Shown: positions 40,898-53,505, counted from the stretch's first letter. The stretch is DNA of 64,000 nucleotides from Octopus sinensis (GCF_006345805.1 NC_043005.1:78120001-78184000); one strand, 5' to 3'. Made by a program: numbers and translations. Notes: generated from the sequence alone by a model not told the origin.

Positions 40898-41215
40898 AAT
40901 TTAGTAATATTTTAATGCATCGCTACGCTCGTTTCCGCGAATCATATGTTTTTCTGATCCTAGTCTGCATACATGGTATGATAACAGTCCAGTCTGTAAT
41001 ATCCATTGGACATCAGATGGGTCTTTGTTCATGCGGTCATGTCTTCAGGCATTCATTTCTTCAGATGAAAGGAACGCATGGACAAAGACCTTCCTGATAT
41101 CAATGGATATCACAGATTGGGCTGTAATCATCCCAGATATACCGACTATGGTCCCCAAAAATACGTGAAACGTGGAAACGCGCGTAGCGATGGAGCGAGA
41201 TATTTATAAATTTGA
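40898..41215. repeat. Old diverged inverted repeat (~135-bp arms, ~40-bp spacer)
   Basis: CATCGCTACGCTCGTTTCC vs GGAAACGCGCGTAGCGATG; roughly three-quarters identity by eye. Confidence 0.75.
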
Positions 41216-41453
41216 TCTTTGGTACTTTGCAGTTCCGTCCAGTTCGGGATTGTCGTAGCTTTCGATTCCGAAATTTGGAGCGTAGACCCTCACCTTCCAT
41301 TATTTTCTACTATTTGCTATTTATTGTTTTTGTACTTTATTGATTTTTAAAATAAGGTTTTTATAGTATATGTTTTCTAAATGCTGTGAATAACATCTTT
41401 CTTTATTGAATTGTTTAATAGAGATTTTTCTCTAAATTATATATATATATATA

Positions 41454-41746
41454 TTATGAGTTAAAGGTTATGCAACCCTCTAAAGGATAAATGTATCCGT
41501 AGACACTACTGGTGTATTACCTCACTATGTATAGGCCTTGCTATAAGGTTAACAGAAGTTGGTAATTTAAATAGTAAAACCGTGGTTTAATATATTCAGA
41601 TAAGAAAAGAAATTGAGCAACAATTAGCAATTATAAGTTGATCATTGGTATTAAAAGGTCATAGTTTAATTGTAGTTCAAGAACATCTACAGCTGTTTCA
41701 GTTTGTATTTCGAAGTTTGTTACTTGCTGCTCCATTTCTATTCTTA

Positions 41747-41798
<52 letters not shown>

Positions 41799-41821
41799 CA
41801 CACACACACACAAATACACAG

Positions 41822-41855
<34 letters not shown>

Positions 41856-42161
41856 TATATATATATATATTATGAGTTAAAGGTTATGCAACCCTCTAAA
41901 GGATAAATGTATCCGTAGACACTACTGGTGTATTACCTCACTATGTATAGGCCTTGCTATAAGGTTAACAGAAGTTGGTAATTTAAATAGTAAAACGTGG
42001 TTTAATATATTCAGATAAGAAAAGAAATTGAGCAACAATTAGCAATTATAAGTTGATCATTGGTATTAAAAGGTCATAGTTTAATTGTAGTTCAAGAACA
42101 TCTACAGCTGTTTCAGTTTGTATTTCGAAGTTTGTTACTTGCTGCTCCATTTCTATTCTTA

Positions 42162-42213
<52 letters not shown>

Positions 42214-42236
42214 CACACACACACACAAATACACAG

Positions 42237-42285
<49 letters not shown>
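41454..42285. repeat. Tandem duplication, ~416-bp unit bounded by (TA)n
   Basis: Duplicated ORFs 41645/42060 are offset by 415; non-microsatellite parts are nearly identical. Confidence 0.9.
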
Positions 42286-42289
<4 letters not shown>

Positions 42290-42480
42290 ATCCAAACAAG
42301 AAAGCACAAAAAACACAACAACGCGAGGACATGGAACAAATATAGTATTATTGGACGCACAGGAAAGAAGGAAAGAAGGAGGGTTTAACGTTTCGAGCGG
42401 AGCTCTTCGTCAGAAACATAGGAGAAGGAAAGATCCAGAGAAGGGAAGACAGAGGAAAAAAAATCGCCAACGGTACACAC
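42285..42480 (-). mobile_element. Family H hammerhead-bearing repeat (best-preserved motif)
   Basis: Family sequence abutting (TA)n. Confidence 0.75.
42383..42417 (-). ncRNA. Minimal type I hammerhead ribozyme motif
   Basis: GUUU CUGACGA A GAGC UCC GCUC GAAAC GUU AAAC: perfect stems I and II, canonical core. Confidence 0.65.
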
Positions 42481-43028
42481 GAGAGAGAGAAATACATACA
42501 TACCTTCATATATACATCTATGTTCATAGATTACGCGAGATCAACAATTGAGATTAACAATACTTTTTCTTACATCCAGAATATTTTCAAAATTAAGTTT
42601 TTTTTTCGTTAGCTACATCAAAAGACCAATTTTAATACATTCGCTTCTAAAATGTTCTGTTCCTTAATTTCTCTTTCCCTCTTTTGTTCTTTTCTCTTAT
42701 CTCTTATCTCTTATCTCACACTTTCTCTTCTATATGTGAGTGCGCCTATGTATGTATGTATATATGCATGTATGCATGTATGTATGTATGTATGTATGTA
42801 TGTATGTATGTATGTATGTATGCATGTATGTATATATGTATGTATGTATGTATGTAAGTATGTATATGTATATTAAGAGACAGGTAGGTAGATAGATAGA
42901 TAGATAGATAGATTGATTGATTGATTGATTGATTCATATTCATAATTCACATGCATGTATGTGTGTGTATATATATTTATACATACTTACACATATACTC
43001 ACACGCTCACACACACACTCACACACAC

Positions 43029-43083
<55 letters not shown>

Positions 43084-43256
43084 CATGTGTACATACATAC
43101 ATGCATACGTATTTTCACGCTCACACACACAAACATAAATTGTTCTTTTTGGCAATTATTTCTCTGTCTTCTCTCGTCTACTTAGTAAACCACCATAAAC
43201 ATCATCATCAATCGAATTTCAATGTTTCTTTCTTTATTTATTTATTTCTTTCTCTC

Positions 43257-43297
<41 letters not shown>

Positions 43298-43774
43298 CTC
43301 GTTCTCTCCTTCCTGACTAGCCGTGTGTTTAATCGCTTGGTGACTTTTTGTTTTAATCTCCTTAGATCAAACAGGACTGTGAATGTAATTTCTCACTCAG
43401 ATCTTACATAGTTGAACGAAGCATTGATGACAAGACTCTAGTAGTAGTAGTAGTAGTAGTTTCTGTTGTTGTTGTTGTTGTTGTTGTTGATGCTGTTTTA
43501 AGACATCTTTATAAAATCTGTTTTGCATTATTCTCTTGTATTTAATAGAGCTTGCAGAATTATTACAGCCAGGGAAAAAAATGCTTTGTGGTTTTTTCTG
43601 TCGGTCCTTTACCTTCTGAGATCAAATCCCGCTCTGCGTTTCGCCCCTTTCGAGATAGAGTTGATAAAATAGTCAAATATTGACCAGTCGGTGATGTGGA
43701 CTTCTCTCTTTTCCCCCAAAACTGCTGGTCTCGTAGCATTAAATTGAACCAGCTGCTATTTCTCTAGTATTATA

Positions 43775-44050
43775 GACATGCGATTAGAATGTCGCAGAAA
43801 AGAATCGACAGACGGATTCTTCAAGCCGAGCCAATCGGCAGGAGACTTATGGTCAAACCAAGGAGATGATTGGATAATATCCATAGCCTCAGCTGGCCAC
43901 AGTTACGAATCCAGCCAGAATGTGTAATGATGGTTGATTCCGATGCAACTTTGGATGAGGTGCCCGAGGACTTCTACCTGAAAAAAATCCACCCTCGACC
44001 TTCCAAGGAATAATGGATTGAGAAGGTCGATGGCGGGATGGAGGAGTGAA
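43775..44050 (+). pseudogene. RTE-like LINE C-terminal fragment
   Basis: Translates to ...IRMSQKRIDRRILQAEPIGRRLMVKPRR*LDNI..., resembling RTE GHV.RM...GRPR.RW.D. Confidence 0.55.
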
Positions 44051-44693
44051 TGCGTCATGAGTAAATATCTTTTACTGTGACACAGTGCGAATAGTGCCGG
44101 ATTTAGGGCAAGCGAGGTCCAGTGCTGGTTAAGTTATGAAACCCTTTACTTTTAGAATTGTTTATGCACAATATTATGTTTTAAAATAACGTGTAAAAAA
44201 GCTTTCACATTATTAATTTCACTTTTATAACATTTAGGGAAAATATTTGAACGTTTAACTTTTGAAAAATTCATCGTAAAAAATATTTAAGCGGGAATAT
44301 GCCCCTCATCCCCGGTTAGCGGGGCCTTGATGCCCTTAAGCACACCTAAGTACAAGGATAAATCCGACACTGGCAACAAGTTTGATGTAATATCCACTGA
44401 TGTCTTCACGCAGGGGACACTGGGCAGATGCTCAGGGACCCCCAAGGATACAGGGGCCAATTCTGATCAAGGTGGACTGTGGCTTGCTATTAATAAATAA
44501 ATACAATAGGACCCAGCGTTTTGGTTTGTCCAGGCGTTTGTAATACTGTTAAGAGGGCCCTGGTAAGATCATTAGTATTGTACAATCGTGTGATGGCTAA
44601 TATCATCCAAACCAGTTAGCGTTAGAGAGGTTTACCTCGCTTTGCTAAAAGCACAATGAAAGATTTTCATACACGTATAAACTTCATAGTTTT

Positions 44694-44965
44694 ATCTTTT
44701 ACTTATTTCGGTCATGGTACTGCGGCCATGCTGGGGCACCACCTTGAAGTGTTGAGTTAAATAGATTGAGCCCAGTATTTGTTTCTGTAAGTCTGGTACT
44801 TATTCTATCGGTTTCTTTTGGCGAACATCTTAGCGGTTCGGTAAAAGAGACCGATAAAATAAGTACTAGGCTTACAAAGAATAAGTCATAGGGTCGATTT
44901 CTTGAACTTAAAGGCGGTACTCCAGCATGACCGCAGTCGAATGACTGAAACAAATAAAAAGAAGA
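44694..44965. repeat. Two SINE family B 3' halves fused head-to-head
   Basis: Minus-oriented tail 44694-44830 followed by plus-oriented tail from TTAGCGGTTCGG. Confidence 0.75.
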
Positions 44966-44989
44966 AAGAATATATATATATATATATTC

Positions 44990-45026
<37 letters not shown>

Positions 45027-45058
45027 TTTATTTAAAGCAGCAGAAAATTCAGCAAAAT

Positions 45059-45095
45059 CTGTACTCTGAGTTTCTCGTTGCCGTTCATCAGACAG
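45059..45095 (-). ncRNA. Hammerhead-like motif of the inverted arm (1-nt deletion in stem I)
   Basis: CUGU CUGAUGA A CG GCAA CG A GAAAC UCAGA GUA CAG. Confidence 0.4.
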
Positions 45096-45376
45096 TTTTT
45101 GCTAGAATGGAACTGATATATCAATTCAATCTATACTCTTACAAACGCTACACCTTTAAAAGAAATGGACTTGTTTGATTGGCCCTTTAGAAAAAACGGT
45201 CAATCTTCGAGCGATAAACAAAAAGGTCAAAAATATATGTATATATATATTAAAAAATTATAAAAATTATAAAATCCGAGGAAAAAACCTATTGACGTTA
45301 ATGAAGACAGTGCAAATTAATGCATAGAAATTAAACCTGTTATAAATACTGCAATACATATTTATATTAAAATCTA

Positions 45377-45645
45377 TCTATACAATATGTTACATTACTC
45401 GGTAGTCAAGATAAAACTCTGAGTTTCAGATGCCGAAGTGGAAATCCACAACACCATCTCTTCGGTTATCTGGCTAAATAGCCAGATAACCGAAGAGATG
45501 GTGTTGTGGATTTCCACTTCGGCATCTGAAACTCAGAGTTTTATCTTGACTACCGAGTAATGTAACATATTGTATAGATAAATTTCCTCTATTTACATAA
45601 TATTGAGGTCTCTTTCTTTCTTTTGTTATCTTACCGTTTTATCAA
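45377..45645 (+). mobile_element. Nested 269-bp insertion: 100-bp perfect fold-back plus 67-bp tail, 14-bp TSD
   Basis: TATATTAAAATCTA at 45363-45376 and 45646-45659; insert absent from the right arm; arms 45377-45476 / 45479-45578 with a 2-nt spacer. Confidence 0.88.
45484..45546 (+). ncRNA. Hammerhead-like fold, U4C core variant (mirror copy 45409-45471 on minus)
   Basis: AGAUAA CCGAAGA GAUG..GUGGA/UCCAC..CAUC U GAAAC UCAGA GUU UUAUCU; 6-bp stem I. Confidence 0.5.
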
Positions 45646-46358
45646 TATATTAAAATCTACATATATATATATCAACATACACAAAAGGATGCGCGTAAAC
45701 GCCATACTTACATACATATACAGACGTATGAATATAAATCTAAATATACACATAAAAGCATGTGTACATATATTCACGCAAACCGTCTCGCACGCAAGCT
45801 AAAATTCATCTATGTAGCAATTCTCATATACTGAGCAAGGAGGGGGAACGAAAGAAAGGGAGAGAGAGAAAAAGGAACGAAGGAGGGGTGGGGAAAAAAA
45901 CGCAATAAGAAAAACATTATGTATACAAGCAGTGTAACTGTGTTATTGGCATCTATAGAGACCAGTATACATACACAAGTTTGAATGGATACATATACAT
46001 ACCGTCGTGTATATGTGTGCTAAGCACAAACATACTTTCACTTACACATACACAGATACGCATGCTTACAAATACATATGCTTTGCTATACACATACTTA
46101 TATAAACATTCTAATTTTGACAACATTGCATTTTTTAAAAAACATTGCTTTTAAAAATGGGTGCATTAATAAAAAATATATACGAAAGACATATAAAATA
46201 AAATATAACATCCTATTTTGGGTCATTTATAAATCAAGGTAATATAAATAATCAAGGTAATCCTATGCAATACAATAACATGAAAACAAAGTTTGTAGGT
46301 TTTTCCTAATATATATGTAGAAACATAAGACTTTGCTATACGGATTAAGATCCGCAAG

Positions 46359-48265
46359 AAAGACCTTTTCGAGCTTATTAGGAAAATTAAATTCCGCAAA
46401 TATACCAACCAATTGCAGACAAATATGAGAGAAAAAATTAAGGAGATTAACGACTCGAATAAGATCTTCGTTAATTCTGACAAGACAAGGAACTTATATG
46501 CACTTGATATAAACGCCTGATTTCGAATAGTGTCACGGACACATACAAAAAAGACAACACGAATATATACAAAGAGGTGAACTTAGAAGCAAGAGGAATA
46601 GCTAACGATCTTAAGATTAGCGATAGGATTGAATACCTTTCACCACGACCAGCTTTTATTACTCTGAAAGACCATAAAGCCAATTTTAGTAGAAACCCCA
46701 AATGTAGATTGATAAATCCGGCTAAAACTGAGATAGGAATTATTAGCAAAAATATTTTGGACCGTATTTTAGTTAAGTTAGATAGTGAAGTAGACTTGAG
46801 AATTTGGAAGAATAGTAAGTCAGTTATAGAGTGGTTTAAAGGTATTAGCTATAAGAATAATTGTAGTTTCACACAATTCGACATTATTGACTTTTACCCG
46901 TCAATATCTAGGACGTTGCTCCTAAGGGCATTGGACTTCGCCAAGCAGTATGTCACATCGATAGCTCGGAAATTGAAATTATTATGCATGCGAGGAAATC
47001 GCTTCTTTTTTTCGAGGATTCCACCTGGATTAAGAAGACTGAGGATTCTCTTTTCGATGTACCGATGGGGGCATACGACGGGGCTGAATTATGTATGCTC
47101 ATAGGAGCCTTTATTCTCCATAATCTAAAAATAGAATTCCCATTTATAGATGCAGGTTTATATAGGGATGACGGCCTTATAGCCACGCATAATCTAAACG
47201 GCCATGAATCAGATAGACTTAGGAAGGACCTTATAGCTTTTTTTCAAAGGATGGGCTTACGGGTTACGATAGATGCTAACCTGAATAGTGTAGATTTTTT
47301 AGACGTAAATTTTAATGTAAGATCGGATAGATTTAAACCTTTCCGTAAGCCCAATGAAAAGCTATCGTATATTAGCAAAGATTCGAACCATCCACCAGTT
47401 ATCCTTAGGAACTTAGTCAGCAATGTAGGTAGAAGAATATCTTCAATTTCTTCGGACGAGGCAGCATTCCATAATGCTGCACCTTATTACGATAGCGCAT
47501 TAAAGAATAGTGGATTCTCTGAGAAGATCCAGTTCAACCAGCTTAATGCTGATAATAATGCTGCACGAAGAACTAGGACCAGGAAAGTTTTGTGGTTCAA
47601 CCCGGCTTTCAATTTGGCCGTAAATACTAATATAGGTAAGGAATTTTTGAGATTAGTCTCTAAGCATTTTAAGCAGGGTCATAAATTCTACAGAACATTT
47701 AATAGAAGAACCTGAAGGTTAGGTATTCTTGTTGCAGAAATTTCGCCTCTTACATTAGCCAACATAATAGGAAGCTAATTGAGATTAGACATGGTGCCGA
47801 GCCCATTAAGAAATGTAATTTCAAAAACGAAAGCTCCTGTCCGTTAGAAGGGAAATGTCTAGTGAAAGGAGTAGTTTATAGAGCCAAGGTGCAAGTGGAA
47901 GGCTCATCGGAATACAAGACATACACAGGGGCTTCAGAAAATTCATTTAAAACAAGATTTTATTCTCATAAAAATTCATTTAAATACCCAGAGAATAGGA
48001 AGAAAACCAGCCTAGCAAAATATGTCTGGGAACTAAAAGAAAAGGAAGCCCCACCTTTCAACGTGACATGGAGCATTCTGGACAGGGCGGCATCATACAG
48101 GCATGAGCTTACAAAAATAATTTCAAGTGCAGACTTTGTCTATTAGAAAAAATGTACATCTTATTCAAAGACAATAATTCTTTGAATCAAAGAAGTGAGT
48201 TAATGAACTTATGTAGGCACGCGGCTAAATTTAAAATGTCGAATATAAATATACCATATGGATAG
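46359..48265 (+). pseudogene. Penelope-like RT + C-terminal GIY-YIG endonuclease, 5'-truncated, ~5 frameshifts
   Basis: Motifs SDKTRNLY, PKCRLINPAK, FDIIDFYPSI, PMGAYDGAELC, LYRDDGL, VDFLDV, CNFKNESSCPLEGKC, GVVYRAKV..TYTGASENSFKTRF, CRLCLLEK..LNQRSEL..CRH. Confidence 0.93.
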
Positions 48266-49323
48266 AGTATATATTTTGTATTTTTGATTTTGATTTTGAC
48301 TCTTGAGCGCTACGATGGATTTTGATTTTGTTTCCAAGCTATGCGGATCTTAATCCGTATAGCAAAGTCTTATGTTTCTACATATATATTAGGAAAAACC
48401 TACAAACTTTGTTTTCATGTTATTGTATTGCATAGGATTACCTTGATTATTTATATTACCTTGATTATTTATAAATGACCCAAAATAGGATGTTATATTT
48501 TTTTTTATATGTCTTTCGTATATATTTTTATTAATGCACCCATTTTTAAAAGCAATGTTTTTTAAAAAATGCAATGTTGTCAAAATTAGAATGTTTATAT
48601 AAGTATGTGTATAGCAAAGCATATGTATTTGTAAGCATGCGTATCTGTGTATGTGTAAGTGAAAGTATGTTTGTGCTTAAGCACACATATACACGACGGT
48701 ATGTATATGTATCCATTCAAACTTGTGTATGTATACTGGTCTCTATAGATGCCAATAACACAGTTACACTGCTTGTATACATAATTTTTTTCTTATTTCG
48801 TTTTTTCCCCCACCCCTCCTTCGTTCCTTTTTCTCTCTCTCCCTTTCTTTCGTTCCCCCTCCTTGCTCAGTATATGAGAATTGCTACATAGATGAATTTT
48901 AGCTTGCGTGCGAGACGGTTTGCGTGAATATATGTACACATGCTTTTATGTGTATATTTAGATTTATATTCATACGTTTGTATATGTATGTATGTATGGC
49001 GTTTACGCGCATCCTTTTGTGTATGTTGATATATATATATGTAGATTTTAATATAAATATGTATTGCAGTATTTATAACAGGTTTAATTTCTATGCATTA
49101 ATTTGCACTGTCTTCATTAACGTCAATAGGTTTTTTCCTCGGATTTTATAATTTGTATAAGTTTTTTATATATATATATACATATATTTTTGACCTTTTT
49201 GTTTATCGCTCGAAGATTGACCGTTTTTTCTAAAGGGCCAATCAAACAAGTCCATTTCTTTTTAAAGGTGTAGCGTTTGTAAGAGTATAGATTGAATTAT
49301 ATATCAGTTCCATCTAGCAAAAA

Positions 49324-49361
49324 CTGTCTGATGAACGGCAACGAGAAACTCAGAGTAACAG
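49324..49361 (+). ncRNA. Type I hammerhead-like motif at the 3' end of the Penelope-like element
   Basis: CUGU CUGAUGA A CG GCAA CG A GAAAC UCAGA GUA ACAG; sense to the ORF, 33 nt from the element end. Confidence 0.6.
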
Positions 49362-49488
49362 ATTTTGTTGAATTTTCTGCTGCTTAAAATAAAGCGTATT
49401 ACTCTACCACTGGTATTTGAGTACTCTTTTTTCCACCTTGTTTCACATTTATGTGTTTACTCCGGTATATATATATATATATATATAT

Positions 49489-49531
<43 letters not shown>

Positions 49532-49737
49532 AATGTGTGTGTAACGGGCTTCTTTCAGTTTCCATCTGCGATATCCGCACAAATGGCGTTGGTTAGCTCG
49601 TGACTATAGTTGAACACAGTACGATTGAACCCAGAACCATGTCGTTGGGAAGCAAATTTCTCACCACACAGGCACTCTCCTATCTATCTATCCATCAATC
49701 TATCCATCTATCTATCTATCCATCTATCTATCTATCC

Positions 49738-49815
<78 letters not shown>

Positions 49816-50028
49816 TTATATAAGGCAGCATAATGAATTTCGAGCGAGTCTTGCGTATTCTTTCCGCACATCAAGTGAACCTCTAAATGCTCTTTCATAA
49901 AAACAAAATAGAAGCAAGACAGATGCGAAGATTTAATTAATCAAATCAGAAACAATTTAGACTTGGCCAATTTTGATACTACTCTTCTTAAGGTGTGCAT
50001 GTACACAGAAACCAACAACAAAAGCAAA

Positions 50029-50108
<80 letters not shown>

Positions 50109-50111
<3 letters not shown>

Positions 50112-52487
50112 ATCTACATATTAATGTAGTGCAAGCTAACGTCTTTTGCTTAGATATATTGATTTTTACTGAGGCAGTTACAGTTCAGAGCAAAAGTGAT
50201 GATGTTACGAATTATATTAAAAGGTTAAAATCTAACGAGCGACGCTTAGAAATTTTTGGACCAATAACAAATGTAATGATAAACAGATCGATTTTCTAAT
50301 TAGCGTACAAGTTGAATGTGGTTTCGAGTTTCCATATTTTTTTATAATCGAATTTCAACACAAGCATATATATATATATATATATGCATATATATACATT
50401 CAAATAGAAACAGATATCTACAGATGTATAGACACACGAACTAATACACACGCAGATATACATACGAAAGACCTTTCTGTGCGTTTCTATGTGTGTGTAT
50501 GTGTTTACTGTTTCCCGTGAGCAGATGTAATTGTAGTGTTCAAAAGAAATATATAGCCAACCTACTGCGTTAGTCCTACAAATAAGCTTAATGCTCTCAT
50601 CTACATTTATTCAGTTATTGTTTAATGATTTTGTAAAGTCGTGTTGAGACCACGTTCTGAATTATAAGATGGCTGACATATTTGGTCAACATTTATGCGT
50701 CAAATTTAGCCTTAAGCTTTGCAGATCTACTACCGATTAGGTCCAATACCGGCTTTTCAGTGACACATGTTTAATTACCGGTCGAGTGTCAGTTCAAAAT
50801 TGTGTTTTTCAGAGCGACCAGTCACTAGCGAAACGCTAAGAGATATACGAAAAGCGAAACAGAAATAATTCATATTGTTATGTATTTGGGTTAGACGATG
50901 GGCTATCAGATCCCTTAAGTAATGGGATTTAGTTTTCCGAAAGTCAAATGTTGATGGCCACGAGATACAAGTTCGAGATCACAGTGAGACTCTCTAGACA
51001 AACACCAGAAGAGTCCACTGTCTCAACATCCGAAGGTCACGCTTCACCACCGCGTTACGTGTCTTCCTGGGTCTACCTCTTCCTCAAGATCCCTCCACAG
51101 TTAGCGATAGGCACTCCTTTATGCGGCTGTCTTCGTCCATACGCCTCACATGACCATACTAGCGCAGTCCTCTCTAGCACACCATATTATATTACATGCA
51201 GACATATATGTATATATATTACATATAGACATGCATATGTGTGTGCGTGCGTATACGTGTGTGTGTGTGTGTGTGTGTGTGTTGTGTGTGTGTGTGTGTA
51301 TAATCTACATATTAATGTAGTGCAAGCTAACGTCTTTTGCTTAGATATATTGATTTTTACTGAGGCAGTTACAGTTCAGAGCAAAAGTGATGATGTTACG
51401 AATTATATTAAAAGGTTAAAATCTAACGAGCGACGCTTAGAAATTTTTGGACCAATAACAAATGTAATGATAAACAGATCGATTTTCTAATTAGCGTACA
51501 AGTTGAATGTGGTTTCGAGTTTCCATATTTTTTTATAATCGAATTTCAACACAAGCATATATATATATATATATATATGCATATATATACATTCAAATAG
51601 AAACAGATATCTACAGATGTATAGACACACGAACTAATACACACGCAGATATACATACGAAAGACCTTTCTGTGCGTTTCTATGTGTGTGTATGTGTTTA
51701 CTGTTTCCCGTGAGCAGATGTAATTGTGGTGTTCAAAAGAAATATATAGCCAACCTACTGCGTTAGTCCTACAAATAAGCTTAATGCTCTCATCTACATT
51801 TATTCAGTTATTGTTTAATGATTTTGTAAAGTCGTGTTGAGACCACGTTCTGAATTATAAGATGGCTGACATATTTGGTCAACATTATGCGTCAAATTTA
51901 GCCTTAAGCTTTGCAGATCTACTACCGATTAGGTCCAATACCGGCTTTTCAGTGACACATGTTTAATTACCGGTCGAGTGTCAGTTCAAAATTGTGTTTT
52001 TCAGAGCGACCAGTCACTAGCGAAACGCTAAGAGATATACGAAAAGCGAAACAGAAATAATTCATATTGTTATGTATTTGGGTTAGACGATGGGCTATCA
52101 GATCCCTTAAGTAATGGGATTTAGTTTTCCGAAAGTCAAATGTTGATGGCCACGAGATACAAGTTCGAGATCACAGTGAGACTCTCTAGACAAACACCAG
52201 AAGAGTCCACTGTCTCAACATCCGAAGGTCACGCTTCACCACCGCGTTACGTGTCTTCCTGGGTCTACCTCTTCCTCAAGATCCCTCCACAGTTAGCGAT
52301 AGGCACTCCTTTATGCGGCTGTCTTCGTCCATACGCCTCACATGACCATACTAGCGCAGTCCTCTCTAGCACACCATATTATATTACATGCAGACATATA
52401 TGTATATATATTACATATAGACATGCATATGTGTGTGCGTGCGTATACGTGTGTGTGTGTGTGTGGTGTGTGTGTGTGTGTGTGTGT
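50109..52487. repeat. Tandem duplication, ~1191-bp unit bounded by (TG)n
   Basis: Duplicated ORFs 50948/52140 are offset by 1192; only a few differences seen. Confidence 0.92.
50985..51185 (-). pseudogene. RTE-like LINE C-terminal fragment (second copy ~52177-52377)
   Basis: Minus translation RGLR*YGHVRRMDEDSRIKECLSLTVEGS*GRGRPRKT. Confidence 0.75.
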
Positions 52488-52968
52488 TTCTTATTATTTC
52501 TCTATTGAAGTTATCTGCGACACGGTAAACTTTATCAACTATAAAAGGAAATGATATCTCATATAAAATACCGGCAGCAAGAGTTCTTCACATTTAACAA
52601 TATCAAACGATGAATAATAAATATATATCAAATATAGCTGACTTAAGAATAGTTACGAGAGCGTAAATGTACGATGAAAGACTTAGATGATATCTGCTAT
52701 AGGAACGAAAAATTATCAACCTTGAAGTTAACATAAAACTAATGTTTTACACTGAAATGGTTTCACAAGTACCATGTCTCCTCTCCATTATTGCCTTTGA
52801 TGAAATCTCTTTCCTCGTACATGTATATATTGTTGTTACTTTATTCTTTTATTGGCAACCGATGTTAGGGGTACAAACACAGACACACATACGCACACAC
52901 ACATATACACACACATATGTATATTTGAAAAATATTATACTGTACCAAGAACTTTTTTTACTATTCTA

Positions 52969-53021
<53 letters not shown>

Positions 53022-53265
53022 GACTTCTTTCAACTTCCGTCTACCAAATCCACTCACGAGGCTATAGTAGAAGACACTTGCCCATGGTGCCACGCAGTGG
53101 GACTGAACCCGGAACCATGTGGTTGGTAATCAAGCTGCTTACCACACACCCACTCCTGGTCTAACGACCCTCCATGTTTGTTTTTGTTCGTCTTCCTTGT
53201 ATGTCTCCACTGTTATGTTTTTGTTCGCAACTTTGACCCTCCATAAATACTAAATTCTATTCTAG

Positions 53266-53505
53266 AATTTATGGGAGCAACTGTCTTTGAAGACTCATCT
53301 TGTCGTTGTATACTCGAAATGATGAGTAGATACACAGCCGACAACTGATGAAAGGTATTTTCTCTGTGTTTACTTGTCTTGTTTTCTATTATTTTTTCCC
53401 ATTGTTTACATATTTCAGGTTATTTGCACTATTGGTGACGTCCTGTACTCATATATGCTCGTATGTATGTATGTATGTATGTATGTATGTATGTATGTAT
53501 GTATG

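Larger units (their letters stand above)
45026..49394 (+). mobile_element. Penelope-like retroelement: 5'-truncated copy preceded by an inverted copy of its 3' 1.05 kb
   Basis: Arm 45026-46356 (includes a 269-bp nested insert) is the reverse complement of 48342-49394; RT/EN coding region lies between. Confidence 0.92.

Noticed and set aside
46359-49394. Selenocysteine/SECIS version of the retroelement
   Set aside because: The TGA codons seen are consequences of frameshifts, conserved Cys codons are TGT/TGC, and no SECIS was recognised
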